Positions 8,102-17,837 of a DNA stretch of 64,000 bases are shown in pieces; within the stretch, counting starts at the first letter, position 1; each line of letters begins with the position of its first letter. The notes below the pieces were generated by a model. The model saw only the letters and a list, made by a program, of their open reading frames with translations. It did not search any database and was not told where the DNA came from. This stretch comes from a virus (taxonomy: Duplodnaviria > Heunggongvirae > Uroviricota > Caudoviricetes): the IMG/VR virus record IMGVR_UViG_3300020049_008481. One strand, 5' to 3'. A program made the position numbers and the translations under genes.

Positions 8102-8839
8102 ATGCCACGTAACTACACTTTTACTACAACTACCCCACATGATTTTGCCCTCTCTGCATCTGCCATAGATGAGCAGCTTGAGCGTCTATTAACCCTACAT
8201 CCTACGACAGAAGAAAGAGCGTATTATATGCCAACAACAGCACGATCTAGAACTAGAGCCGAACAGGCAAGCGAGCTTTTACAGCGCAGAGTAAACCAAA
8301 CAATCCTGTCATCGGCTACTGATATTGAACATCCCCCTAGGCTGCCAGACCTGCCACAAGACCTCAACCTTGTGACATGCACCTACAATTCCGACAGGTC
8401 ATCATACCTGCAGTACGCCTCCCAAGCGTACTCGTTCTTTCGACAGACAGCTAGCAGGTATTCCCCAGCTACGCTAAACGCAATTGCGTATATCTCAGAC
8501 AATGCACACGATGGGACAACCGCTGACCTGCCGCAAATATCTGTAGCCCAAATCCCTTACCACTACGATGATGAATCCGAAATAAAGTTTGGTGGAATCA
8601 TTGGCATGCGAATTTCTTGGCCGGGGAAAACTGTCCTTACAGTTCACCCCCAGGTTCGTAGGTCTGGCATTGGGACGTTACTTGTATCTGATTCCTCTAC
8701 CCCGCTTAAGCTCTGGGTTGGGCGAACGAACATTGCTGCACAGATTTTCCTCCTATCCAGAGGGTTCTATGCAGAAGCTTTCAACCGAAACGGAGCGGTC
8801 CTTTACAGCAGGAACTCTGACGACGCAGAAGGGTCTTGA
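8102..8839 (+). CDS. protein with a C-terminal GNAT-like acetyltransferase motif
   Basis: VHPQVRRSGIGTLLV resembles the GNAT acetyl-CoA-binding motif (Q/R-x-x-G-x-G/A); the N-terminal 150 aa are unassigned. Confidence 0.4.
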   Translation: MPRNYTFTTTTPHDFALSASAIDEQLERLLTLHPTTEERAYYMPTTARSRTRAEQASELLQRRVNQTILSSATDIEHPPRLPDLPQDLNLVTCTYNSDRSSYLQYASQAYSFFRQTASRYSPATLNAIAYISDNAHDGTTADLPQISVAQIPYHYDDESEIKFGGIIGMRISWPGKTVLTVHPQVRRSGIGTLLVSDSSTPLKLWVGRTNIAAQIFLLSRGFYAEAFNRNGAVLYSRNSDDAEGS

Positions 8840-9297
8840 TCGAAATCAATGAGTCAACTATTGAACCGGAATTCGTTTTTGAGATAGATGCATACAAGGT
8901 AGTCGAAGGGGACTTCATCGTCCACAAAGACGAGATAATGTATGTTGAAGATGTCGAGAAGCTTGAAAACACTCCACTCCCGACTGTAGCTATTTCGGCT
9001 AAAGGTCCTCATGGGCACAGGGATGTTATGTTTTTTCATTTCGATGAGGGCGTGCAAATCTATTGTCCTAAAACTGATGACTACGATGACATTAAAGACA
9101 GAGAAGGCTACCAGCAGTTCGCAGATGGCGGATATGATGATGAAGAGGATTACGATATGTTCTGGAATAATAGACATGGATGGGACTCTTATCATGGATA
9201 CAGGTCAGTAAAGAAGACTTATTCCCCTGTGATGCCGGTTCCTCTTCCTGCTTCAACTATTCTTAGTAACGTTAAAGACATATTCAGGAGACAATAA
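8836..9297 (+). CDS. acidic hypothetical protein
   Basis: ORF overlaps upstream stop by 4 nt; Asp/Glu/Tyr-rich. Confidence 0.45.
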   Translation: MIEINESTIEPEFVFEIDAYKVVEGDFIVHKDEIMYVEDVEKLENTPLPTVAISAKGPHGHRDVMFFHFDEGVQIYCPKTDDYDDIKDREGYQQFADGGYDDEEDYDMFWNNRHGWDSYHGYRSVKKTYSPVMPVPLPASTILSNVKDIFRRQ

Positions 9298-9536
9298 TGA
9301 TTGTTGTTCATCAGGAACCACTCATTCAACTTCGCCGTATCCGAAGCAACGGAGCGGGTTATGACGCTTGGAACCTCTGGGCTTGGTCTATCCTAGATGG
9401 GGACCGCCGAACGGGCGGAACTTTCGAAGGAGCTATCTCCCCTGCACACGCAACCCGAAAACTTGCCCGCATTGTGCGCCGACCGAACCGCCAGATCTGG
9501 ACCCAGGTTTCTAACGATGAGATGAGATACAAATGA
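9297..9536 (+). CDS. hypothetical protein
   Basis: ATGA-type overlap tiling. Confidence 0.4.
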   Translation: MIVVHQEPLIQLRRIRSNGAGYDAWNLWAWSILDGDRRTGGTFEGAISPAHATRKLARIVRRPNRQIWTQVSNDEMRYK

Positions 9537-10048
9537 CAACATGGTGTTGTGACATAACAAAAGAAGAAAGCCCACTAGCCCATAAAACCTTCGAGCACCC
9601 CAACTGGTGCCCGCTTTCACCTGACTATGTTCCCGCATTCAAAGAATACTACAAGTCGATAGATGAAGAGTGGTATAACAAGAAGAAGTACAAAATCAGT
9701 AAGCTACCTGCCCGAGTCTTGTGGAAAGGCGATGTTTTAGTATCAAAGAAGAATCAAAGATGGCTGGTCGTTGGTAGAGAAGTAGACGACGCTCTCATCT
9801 GGGTTAATCTAAAGAACATTGATGTAAGTTATGACAACTATAAGTATGGATGCTTCGACAAGGAAGAAGAAGTTAGCATGATTATAAAGCCGTCAGGACT
9901 TAAGACTAAGACATTACGGCGAGCATATCCTGCTAGACCTGCCAGTCATCTACTTATTGAGGCTCTAACTTTGAATGAAAAACTCCCTGAAAGAGTTGAA
10001 TCATGGGAGAAAGCATACTCTAACCCAAGAAAGATTTCTAGCAAATAA
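9533..10048 (+). CDS. hypothetical protein
   Basis: ORF, tiled. Confidence 0.5.
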   Translation: MTTWCCDITKEESPLAHKTFEHPNWCPLSPDYVPAFKEYYKSIDEEWYNKKKYKISKLPARVLWKGDVLVSKKNQRWLVVGREVDDALIWVNLKNIDVSYDNYKYGCFDKEEEVSMIIKPSGLKTKTLRRAYPARPASHLLIEALTLNEKLPERVESWEKAYSNPRKISSK

Positions 10049-10458
10049 TGGCAGACACAAATACATCTTTAAAAGAAGTAGCAATAATGAAAGCATCAGA
10101 AACAGTAAAAGTATCTACAGTACAGTTAGAGAGAGAAAGTTCCAGGCAAGGCAGGGAAGAGCTAATTAAGCTTCTAGCAATTGACGCCCTTCTTAAGTTG
10201 TTGGACTACGGTAACTGTGAACTAAAAAACATTAATCTAGTTCATTCAGGAATGCCTGAATTCGTAGACGACGCATGGGTTGTACCGCAAGTAGAGGTTC
10301 ATATTGAAGCGGATACGGTTCCTATCGTAATGACACGGCATGCCACAATGGCAACCTCCACTGAGGCAGCCTGGCATTACTTCTGTCACGGTGAAGCATT
10401 CCTTGATATTGCAGAATTGGGATCTATACTTATAGGCCAAATGGCAGAGGAAGATTAG
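10048..10458 (+). CDS. hypothetical protein
   Basis: ORF, tiled (TAATG overlap). Confidence 0.5.
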   Translation: MADTNTSLKEVAIMKASETVKVSTVQLERESSRQGREELIKLLAIDALLKLLDYGNCELKNINLVHSGMPEFVDDAWVVPQVEVHIEADTVPIVMTRHATMATSTEAAWHYFCHGEAFLDIAELGSILIGQMAEED

Positions 10459-10625
10459 TGCATATACTGTATGCGGATACGGCATGCTTTGGATTCACCC
10501 TCCGTAATGCAATAGCTCGTGGAGATAGACCTGCTTTAGAGGCACTAAAGAAAGAGCTTGACACTACTGATAGAATGAATCATAAATACTCAACAGTACG
10601 TTGGATCGAATACGAAAGTGATTAA

Positions 10626-11399
10626 ATGCCTAGAGCGCACGTAGCAAACTTCACAATCCAGCTAGGACCAATCAGCCTGACTGGAAGACTATTCAATATC
10701 ACCCTACCGAACCGAAACGAATACCGTGAATTCGTTTCAATCGCACCCGACATTGAACCCCCAACGAGGGTTCAGCAAGTGTATCAGACGCCCGAAGGCA
10801 CAGGCTCATGGACCCGAGGACAATTAGCTCGGGCACGTGTTGTCCTTAATAATGAAGGCGAAGAAGAACTAGTCAAGGTGTCAGTAGAAGATGTTGCAGA
10901 AGTAAGGACATCAACTCTACCTGAGAACGTTCTACGCACAACCATTCATCCACGTAAAGAAATTGAAGGATCAACATTCTTTGCGGAAGGCTCATATGTG
11001 TTCGTGCCTAACATTGCAGACGAATATCATGGCCTAGTTTTAAAGATGGTTTCAGACTCAGACAAGGCATTCGTTGGCATGTGCAAGGTACGTACCACAG
11101 AAGGATTCTGGCGGCTAACAACATGGCGCAACCAGATTGTAGTACAGAAACTGCTGTGGCCCGATGAGGTAACAGAACTTGAAGGTGTGAGTGTGGAACT
11201 TCCACAGGAACATTACGATGCAGCCATGCAGATGATTGACCGTGTAACAGTAGACTTTGATGCTTCACAGTACAGAAACGCATACCGTGAACGTTCTGAA
11301 CAGTTAGACGCAGAGCTTAGTGGTTCTGAGTTGCCACGAGAGGCCCCTACAACACCCGTAGACAGCCTCCTGAGCATCCTTGAAGGGTTCGGTGCCTAA
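10626..11399 (+). CDS. hypothetical protein (257 aa)
   Basis: ORF preceded by a 160-nt gap that may hold a 55-aa GTG-start ORF. Confidence 0.5.
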   Translation: MPRAHVANFTIQLGPISLTGRLFNITLPNRNEYREFVSIAPDIEPPTRVQQVYQTPEGTGSWTRGQLARARVVLNNEGEEELVKVSVEDVAEVRTSTLPENVLRTTIHPRKEIEGSTFFAEGSYVFVPNIADEYHGLVLKMVSDSDKAFVGMCKVRTTEGFWRLTTWRNQIVVQKLLWPDEVTELEGVSVELPQEHYDAAMQMIDRVTVDFDASQYRNAYRERSEQLDAELSGSELPREAPTTPVDSLLSILEGFGA

Positions 11400-11562
11400 T
11401 ATGATTAAAAGAGCTGTTGGAGATAAGGTTATCCATAGACCTTCTGGATTTACTGGCAAGATAGTAGACATCAACCAAACACTTGTTTATCTGGTGGAAC
11501 TAGATAATGGGGACTTAGTTGTATCGCTTTCAACTGCCATCAAATCATTAGAGGGGGAATAA
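11380..11562 (+). CDS. hypothetical small protein
   Basis: ORF, tiled. Confidence 0.4.
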   Translation: MKGSVPNMIKRAVGDKVIHRPSGFTGKIVDINQTLVYLVELDNGDLVVSLSTAIKSLEGE

Positions 11563-11563
11563 A

Positions 11564-11824
11564 ATGACATTAACATGGGAAGAAGCCCAAGACAAGTGGG
11601 CTAGGCATCAGGTTCTAACTATCAAGAAGCCACAGGCTGACTTTGAAATCACCGGAGTAGAGTTTGGGAACTGTGGCCCCTATGAAATGAGTGAATACAC
11701 CTGGGGCTACGATTCTCCCAATGTTGTTATTAGTTACAAGGCAAGCCGGAAAACTTACAGTCTAACAGTAGATGTATCTTTCGAAACGCTCATAGCTCAG
11801 TTACTAGAAATAGGAAATTCGTGA
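11564..11824 (+). CDS. hypothetical protein
   Basis: ORF, tiled. Confidence 0.45.
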   Translation: MTLTWEEAQDKWARHQVLTIKKPQADFEITGVEFGNCGPYEMSEYTWGYDSPNVVISYKASRKTYSLTVDVSFETLIAQLLEIGNS

Positions 11825-12213
11825 CCGAATACGACGAAATCTGGCGTACCCCATATGAAGAGACGGAAGGACTTTATCCTGGTCTTGTAGTACATGACGG
11901 CAGAATGGCTGGATCAATTACAGCAGGAAAATCAAGGCTGCCGCTATGGGCTATTATTACTGCTGACTGGGATGAGGTTAGCAGAATCTGGCCGTCCACG
12001 ACTGATTATATTACAGAAGAAGAATTGTCAACCTTTCTTCATTCACTACTTGGATTGCGTGGAGAGTTCGCCAGGCTGCTGTTAGTCTTGGCCAATCAGC
12101 AAAAACTATATATGGAAGATGGCCTTGATGATTCTGAATCATGGTGGGAGTCAGATTCAAAACAGATTGTAATAGATCAACTTAAACGATGCTTGGAGAC
12201 TTTAGATGGCTGA
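11821..12213 (+). CDS. hypothetical protein
   Basis: ORF, 4-nt overlap tiling. Confidence 0.45.
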   Translation: MTEYDEIWRTPYEETEGLYPGLVVHDGRMAGSITAGKSRLPLWAIITADWDEVSRIWPSTTDYITEEELSTFLHSLLGLRGEFARLLLVLANQQKLYMEDGLDDSESWWESDSKQIVIDQLKRCLETLDG

Positions 12214-12547
12214 ACAAGACTTAATTCGTACCGAACTAACTAGTCTTAGAACACTAACAAAAGATGATCTAGACGCAGAAATCGATGCCCTAAAAAAGTA
12301 TGCATGGTTTACTTTTTTTGAAAAGAAATACTATGAAGCCGTGTGTGCAGAACGTACATATCGTATTCCATGTGAAGCAGTAGTCTTCTGCGGGCCAGGT
12401 CATCAGTCAACAGCGAAATGCGAACAACGAGGGCCACATAAGACGCATTATGTTTCTTTTGTTATTGGACCTGATGGGTGCTCAATGGAATGGACAGACG
12501 ATGATATCGTAGATTTACCAAATGGTAAACGAGGTGTGTTTAGTTGA
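12206..12547 (+). CDS. hypothetical protein
   Basis: ORF, tiled. Confidence 0.45.
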   Translation: MAEQDLIRTELTSLRTLTKDDLDAEIDALKKYAWFTFFEKKYYEAVCAERTYRIPCEAVVFCGPGHQSTAKCEQRGPHKTHYVSFVIGPDGCSMEWTDDDIVDLPNGKRGVFS

Positions 12548-13326
12548 GAATTCTTCTAGCAGGCGACCTGCATGGACAACTAGACTCAGCCAGTCAAGTT
12601 ATTGAAGCCGCAACAGAAGAAAATATTGACCTAATTATTCAATTAGGGGACTTTGGATTCATCTGGAAAGACGATGACCTCAGCAAGTTCAACAAGCTAA
12701 ATGACATGTTGACAGAATCCAAGAAGACAATGTTCTTCCTAGACGGTAACCACGAAAACTTTGACCTGCTAAACAGGTTAGGTGCAAACACAGAAAATTT
12801 GACAATCACACAACTTCAAAGTAGAGTCTACTACCTACCCCGAGGTTACAGATTTAACATAGACGGCGTGAAATTCATGTCGTTCGGTGGAGCAACATCT
12901 GTGGATCAAGATTCTAGAGTACACTTTATCTCCTGGTTCCCACAGGAAGCCATTACAGACGTACAAGTACGTAAAGTCACAGAAGAACCAGTAGATATTC
13001 TATTAACACATGACTGCCCTGAACTAACCGGCACCTTGCGAACATATTTAAATCAGACAGAATTTACATGGCCCGATAGGCTAATCAGGTCATCATGGGG
13101 CAATCGAATGAGACTCTATGAGATTTACGATAAAGTGAAACCTAAAATTCTAGTCCATGGACACTATCATTACTGTTACAAAGATAAATTACAATACGGT
13201 GACTTGTATCGTTATAAAGATGAAATACAGTACGGTGATGTGTATGGTCTAGGGTGTGATGGTGTGCCTAACTCAATGGCCATCTTGGACACTAAAGATC
13301 TATCTATTAAAGGACAATGGGCATGA
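12544..13326 (+). CDS. calcineurin-like metallophosphoesterase
   Basis: GDLHG, GDFG, GNHE and HDCP metal-binding motifs of the metallophosphoesterase superfamily. Confidence 0.7.
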   Translation: MRILLAGDLHGQLDSASQVIEAATEENIDLIIQLGDFGFIWKDDDLSKFNKLNDMLTESKKTMFFLDGNHENFDLLNRLGANTENLTITQLQSRVYYLPRGYRFNIDGVKFMSFGGATSVDQDSRVHFISWFPQEAITDVQVRKVTEEPVDILLTHDCPELTGTLRTYLNQTEFTWPDRLIRSSWGNRMRLYEIYDKVKPKILVHGHYHYCYKDKLQYGDLYRYKDEIQYGDVYGLGCDGVPNSMAILDTKDLSIKGQWA

Positions 13327-13511
13327 CCGTTAGAAGCCGGGCACAGCAGAATGCATTAAATGAGATTAGCAACTATGGCCCACCAGAGGGACCGGAATAC
13401 AGAGGCTATTCGTCCAACACTTTACTAAGTTTATTACGTCGTGGCGACCTCATTCAGAAACAGATCTACACCTGTCATTGCCAACACAGATCCTGCCTGC
13501 ATGAGAGCTAA
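13317..13511 (+). CDS. hypothetical small protein
   Basis: ORF, tiled. Confidence 0.35.
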   Translation: MGMTVRSRAQQNALNEISNYGPPEGPEYRGYSSNTLLSLLRRGDLIQKQIYTCHCQHRSCLHES

Positions 13512-13546
13512 GATTTATGTGTATGCCCTAAGCGAACGTCAATTTA

Positions 13547-13825
13547 GTGAACGCTACACGATTTAGGAATGCTATGAAAATTAAACTGAACGACGACATT
13601 AGAATCAAATCCAAACTACAACATCATGAGCCAACTCTGCTGTTCCAAACAGCATGCTTAGCTATCGAAAAGTACATTAAAGATACAGGTGGAGACTCAC
13701 TAGACGGAACACTAGCTTCCATCCTAGAAGAACTAGAAGACAAGAACCTGCCCAGGGAACCAATGTTCCTTAGGTTAGTCAAGTCAGAACGTCCAGTGGA
13801 GGTAGAAGATGACTGCCCAGCTTGA
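13547..13825 (+). CDS. hypothetical protein
   Basis: ORF. Confidence 0.4.
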   Translation: MNATRFRNAMKIKLNDDIRIKSKLQHHEPTLLFQTACLAIEKYIKDTGGDSLDGTLASILEELEDKNLPREPMFLRLVKSERPVEVEDDCPA

Positions 13826-14132
13826 CCCCGATCCAAATACTATAGCAGGAATCTTATTAGCCGTTTCTAGAAAACACTTCCCTTCCTGGCTATGGGACAA
13901 TTGCGTGTGCGGAGAGTCTGATAATAGTGGGTTACATCTGTACCATCAATACGAGTTAGCAATTCAGGCTGCACTTCTAGACGGGTCAATCCCACCAGAA
14001 TCTTGGGCCACTGATTCTCAAACTTTACAGAAAATTGCTAACCGATTCGGTAACGCTGCCGTTAACAAAAGGATAGAAGAAGCAATAGCTTTTGATGCGG
14101 CTATACAGAAACGTAGGGGAGAAAATGTTTAA
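13809..14132 (+). CDS. hypothetical protein
   Basis: ORF. Confidence 0.45.
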   Translation: MTAQLDPDPNTIAGILLAVSRKHFPSWLWDNCVCGESDNSGLHLYHQYELAIQAALLDGSIPPESWATDSQTLQKIANRFGNAAVNKRIEEAIAFDAAIQKRRGENV

Positions 14133-14150
14133 AGTCGGAGACAAGGGTAT

Positions 14151-14363
14151 ATGAAAATCTCAGATAGAATCCGTGATTTAAGATACGGAAAATTCATAGG
14201 CACACGTAGGCTCTACGGGGACCCCAATCATCTCCCCTCATATGTTGGAACATACTTTGTGTTCAACCGGAAGACTATCTTTAAGTCTAAACATGATCTA
14301 AAATGTGACTGGTTGCATGACAGAAGAAAGTTCCTTGACTTGGAAGGCAAGAATCTGCTGTGA
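14151..14363 (+). CDS. hypothetical small protein
   Basis: ORF. Confidence 0.4.
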   Translation: MKISDRIRDLRYGKFIGTRRLYGDPNHLPSYVGTYFVFNRKTIFKSKHDLKCDWLHDRRKFLDLEGKNLL

Positions 14364-14680
14364 TGGGCAATCACCCTCGACTGCCACAGCCAGGCTGCAC
14401 TGAGCCAGGAATTGATGGGGTCGTTGTGGCAAGTATAACTCACTCTGACGATGAGCGTGGAGAGTTTCACTTAGTGTTATCTGTAGACCCGTTAATGCCA
14501 GGCTCATACTATCGAGTGGCTGTATATGAATATTTAGGTAGCAGATGGGTTTTACGATGGGACGTATGCAATTCTGCGTATCATGCGCATCGGATCGGTG
14601 ATATATGCCGAGGGGGCGGACGTTTCCCGAATATCGTCCCAGCCGTTCGTGCGTATGAAGATTATGGAGGTGAATGGTGA
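14360..14680 (+). CDS. hypothetical protein
   Basis: ORF, ATGA overlap. Confidence 0.45.
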   Translation: MMGNHPRLPQPGCTEPGIDGVVVASITHSDDERGEFHLVLSVDPLMPGSYYRVAVYEYLGSRWVLRWDVCNSAYHAHRIGDICRGGGRFPNIVPAVRAYEDYGGEW

Positions 14681-14916
14681 TAAACGTTGAAGATGAAAGG
14701 TTAACCCAGGCTGCACTGCTAGAAAAACAGGCCAGGGAACTTCGTAGAGAAGTTGAAAACGATAAATGCGCTACCATTAGAGCGTTACTTAATGAGGCCA
14801 AGGCCCAAGCTGAGAAGCTAAAAGAAGGCCCCTCCTTATACCAAGGTGACCATTGGTCGCAAAAAGACGAACTGCTTCGATCAATTGACGGAGCAATCAA
14901 CAGTTGTCACAACTAA
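14674..14916 (+). CDS. hypothetical coiled-coil protein
   Basis: ORF. Confidence 0.45.
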   Translation: MVINVEDERLTQAALLEKQARELRREVENDKCATIRALLNEAKAQAEKLKEGPSLYQGDHWSQKDELLRSIDGAINSCHN

Positions 14917-14926
14917 AAGGAAAGCA

Positions 14927-15235
14927 ATGAAAACACTCACAACTAACAAGAGCGAACAACGTGGACTGCAGGGCTACGAAGCTGGCCTCATAGCTTATGA
15001 CCTAAGTGACGAAGAAATTCAAGAAAACGATGGGGAATCCCCAGCCGGTTTCTATCTTAAGATAGTACCACGCCGTTACCCTGGATCAACCCTAGCAACA
15101 ACCATTGAAATTCAGTTCGAAAATAACCATGAGTTAGAGGATCTTATCGCTATCCTAACCAGAACAAAAGAGCAGCATGAGGCATATGTAAATATGGTTC
15201 AGTCTCGTAGACTATTACAGAAAGTAGCATTATGA
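14927..15235 (+). CDS. hypothetical protein (internal start of track ORF 14846..15235)
   Basis: ATG at 14927 preceded by aaaggaaagca RBS-like purine run; avoids a 70-nt overlap with the upstream gene. Confidence 0.4.
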   Translation: MKTLTTNKSEQRGLQGYEAGLIAYDLSDEEIQENDGESPAGFYLKIVPRRYPGSTLATTIEIQFENNHELEDLIAILTRTKEQHEAYVNMVQSRRLLQKVAL

Positions 15236-15438
15236 ACAGATACCTAATTACAACGTTTGAAACAGACGACAACCGAGTCAACTACTCAGTCACTGACATA
15301 ACAGGACGAGAAGTGCCAGACAATCATAGCAATAAGATCATTACACGATCAGCTATCTTTGCAACCTCAGAAACTGAGGCACTAGCTCTACTGCTTGCCC
15401 TTTCAGTGCAGGTAAACGTATACAAATCAGAGGGTTAA
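15232..15438 (+). CDS. hypothetical small protein
   Basis: ORF, ATGA overlap. Confidence 0.4.
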   Translation: MNRYLITTFETDDNRVNYSVTDITGREVPDNHSNKIITRSAIFATSETEALALLLALSVQVNVYKSEG

Positions 15439-15630
15439 GTGGCCACACCGCGTTTCACGGACGAACGTTTAGCAGAACTACTGCACTATGCGGCAGAACT
15501 GGCAAGAAACGGACAATGGAAAGAATCTATCCTTGTCAAAGATGCAGTAGACGATCTGCGTGGAATTCCGGTAGACCCAGGCGGGCAACATACTAATTCA
15601 AACTATCTCAGGCAGAATAATGAATCGTAA
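15439..15630 (+). CDS. hypothetical small protein
   Basis: ORF. Confidence 0.4.
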   Translation: MATPRFTDERLAELLHYAAELARNGQWKESILVKDAVDDLRGIPVDPGGQHTNSNYLRQNNES

Positions 15631-15784
15631 AGAAGTTGATGCGATATGGACTCTTATTAGTGCAGCCAGTGCCTGGAAACGTATCCTAATGGATGAAGCA
15701 GATTACGAAGACGAAGGTGGCGAGCAGATCACAGAGGCCATACAGACAATGCGTGAATCGTTGAAAAAGAATAATGACACATAG
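15620..15784 (+). CDS. hypothetical small acidic protein (about 54 aa, below the track cutoff)
   Basis: ATG..TAG ORF filling the 143-nt gap before the RuvB-like gene, overlapping its start. Confidence 0.3.
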   Translation: MNRKEVDAIWTLISAASAWKRILMDEADYEDEGGEQITEAIQTMRESLKKNNDT

Positions 15785-16670
15785 ACCAACTTCATGGTCT
15801 GACTATATAGGACAAGAGAGTCTTAAAGACAGACTGCAACTCCATATCCAATCATCGTTAGAACGTGGCGTGAATCTACCACACGTTCTACTAGTCTCTG
15901 GTCCTGGAATGGGCAAGACAACGCTGGCCTCGATCATCTCCAATGAGATGGGGCAACCGTTCGAAAACTTCATCATGCCACTTAAGCCAAGAATCCTAGA
16001 ACGTGTGGTAAAGAACCAGGAAGGTGTTGTCCTCTTTGACGAAATCCATAGAAGCAACCCGAGACAGCAGGAAAGTCTACTAACATTCATAGAAGATAAC
16101 TATTACCTTGACGACAGAGGTAATAGATGGGACAATAACAATCTTACAGTGGTAGCCGCTACCACCGAAGGTGATAAAATCATTCGGCCATTGTATGAAC
16201 GGTTCAAAAATGCAGGAATTCTCCCTACCTTCGACCCCTATACCCAGCAAGAGATAATGCAAATCATTTCTAATGGGATGAAAAAAGAAATGCTATATAT
16301 GAATGAGGTGGACTTGGAATTGCTGGCGAAAGCTTCTCTTGGTGTCCCTCGAAATGTCAATGGCTTTATTTCAGTCGCTAGAGATTTATTCTACCAGAAT
16401 GGGAATTCGCCTTCTGCTTTAGAAATTCTAGATGCACTAAGAATAACAGAGACAGGGTTATCAGTAGAACACATCAGGTATCTTAAAAACTTACTAGCTG
16501 CCGGTGGGCAGGCCGGATTGGAACTTATGCAAATGATGCTGAGTATCCCAGAAGGCGCTATAGTCCAGTTAGAAATTGATCTGATCAGGCAGGGGCTTAT
16601 TGAACGTCAAGCCAGAGGTAGAGAGATCACAGCCCTCGGCGCTAGGCTAGCGAGAGACGTAGAGGTTTAA
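15774..16670 (+). CDS. RuvB-like AAA+ ATPase (Holliday-junction branch-migration helicase-like)
   Basis: LLVSGPGMGKTTLASIISNEMG (Walker A / RuvB N-terminal block), VLFDEIHR (Walker B and sensor region), QESLLTFIED. Confidence 0.65.
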   Translation: MTHRPTSWSDYIGQESLKDRLQLHIQSSLERGVNLPHVLLVSGPGMGKTTLASIISNEMGQPFENFIMPLKPRILERVVKNQEGVVLFDEIHRSNPRQQESLLTFIEDNYYLDDRGNRWDNNNLTVVAATTEGDKIIRPLYERFKNAGILPTFDPYTQQEIMQIISNGMKKEMLYMNEVDLELLAKASLGVPRNVNGFISVARDLFYQNGNSPSALEILDALRITETGLSVEHIRYLKNLLAAGGQAGLELMQMMLSIPEGAIVQLEIDLIRQGLIERQARGREITALGARLARDVEV

Positions 16671-16672
16671 AG

Positions 16673-16870
16673 ATGGTAATAGTTAAAGTGTTGTACCTGC
16701 TTATTGCAGTCGCATGGTTTGTATACTGTACATTTGCATTTAGGAATAGATTTTCAAAATCCCAACCCGGAAATGCGGTAGGTGGGCTTATCTTAATTTG
16801 GGCTATGTGTATGGCTTGGCCTATCACAATGATCTATGCTTCTAGAAGCGAGTTGGGCAATGATATCTGA
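16673..16870 (+). CDS. small membrane protein (2 TM)
   Basis: ORF; two hydrophobic helices. Confidence 0.4.
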   Translation: MVIVKVLYLLIAVAWFVYCTFAFRNRFSKSQPGNAVGGLILIWAMCMAWPITMIYASRSELGNDI

Positions 16871-17207
16871 TTGGGCACTTGCACTTTACAATGACAACGC
16901 CGAATGGGATAAGTTTAGCTCATCAGTGAAACCCCAATGGGGATACAGCGCCCTATTCTTTTTACTTAAGGGGCTTAAAGACCAGGATAATATCCTAAAG
17001 TTCACGATGGCAAGCAGGCATGGTCCGCTAGTGTTATTTATAGTATGCGCTGACGGTAAACTTGCCAGAGTAACGTATGATCCACTAGAAAAAGGTAACG
17101 AGAAGTCCTATTTTTGCAGGGTGACTGAGAAAGGTAACCCTGTGCCCATCTGGGTGGGTAGTGGTTTATCCGAAATCATTGAAGTAATGAAAGAGTTGAC
17201 AGCATGA
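16836..17207 (+). CDS. hypothetical protein
   Basis: ORF. Confidence 0.45.
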   Translation: MLLEASWAMISDWALALYNDNAEWDKFSSSVKPQWGYSALFFLLKGLKDQDNILKFTMASRHGPLVLFIVCADGKLARVTYDPLEKGNEKSYFCRVTEKGNPVPIWVGSGLSEIIEVMKELTA

Positions 17208-17542
17208 ACGGTGACATTAAATCCGCAGAATTGAAAGGCTCAGGGGTACGATATATTTTCACTGATGGCACTTTCAAAGACATCAAAAACACATATGAAT
17301 GTATCGTTCATAGTCAAAGGTATGCTTACTGGGCGGGCATCGCGGCAGCATTAGATTCTCCAGAAATGCCTATGAGAGCCAATGTCAAGAATATCGAATT
17401 CTTCTTTAACGGCTGGAATGAAGTCCAATATACTCGTGTTGACGAACAAGATAAGACCGAAGAATTAGAAGCAATTGACGCAGAAGCGTTAAAAGCATAT
17501 AATGAAAAGACTGAAGAAGAAATTAGGATTAGACATGGCTAA
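17204..17542 (+). CDS. hypothetical protein
   Basis: ORF, ATGA overlap. Confidence 0.45.
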   Translation: MNGDIKSAELKGSGVRYIFTDGTFKDIKNTYECIVHSQRYAYWAGIAAALDSPEMPMRANVKNIEFFFNGWNEVQYTRVDEQDKTEELEAIDAEALKAYNEKTEEEIRIRHG

Positions 17543-17837
17543 TGACCCACTAGAGAAGCTACGCATTCTGCAGAAACGCATCAAAGAACTTGCTGCCAAG
17601 CACGGATTTGAGTTGGGTGGGTTGGCTATCATTCCGAATGAAGATCCTGACGGTGGGGACACGGCGCAGGTCGCTTTGAAGTTCTCTCCCGCAGATGAGA
17701 ATGTTGTAGTATCTGATCCTGATCTTGAAGCTGAATTCATGAGTATTATCCAGGGTGGCTTTGCACAGGCTGCAAAGGCAGACGACGGTAAGAAGCGCCA
17801 AGAAATCATGGATGAAATGAAAGACTGGTTTAGCTAA
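17535..17837 (+). CDS. hypothetical protein (internal start of track ORF 17502..17837)
   Basis: ATG 17535 preceded by aggattagac RBS-like sequence. Confidence 0.4.
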   Translation: MANDPLEKLRILQKRIKELAAKHGFELGGLAIIPNEDPDGGDTAQVALKFSPADENVVVSDPDLEAEFMSIIQGGFAQAAKADDGKKRQEIMDEMKDWFS

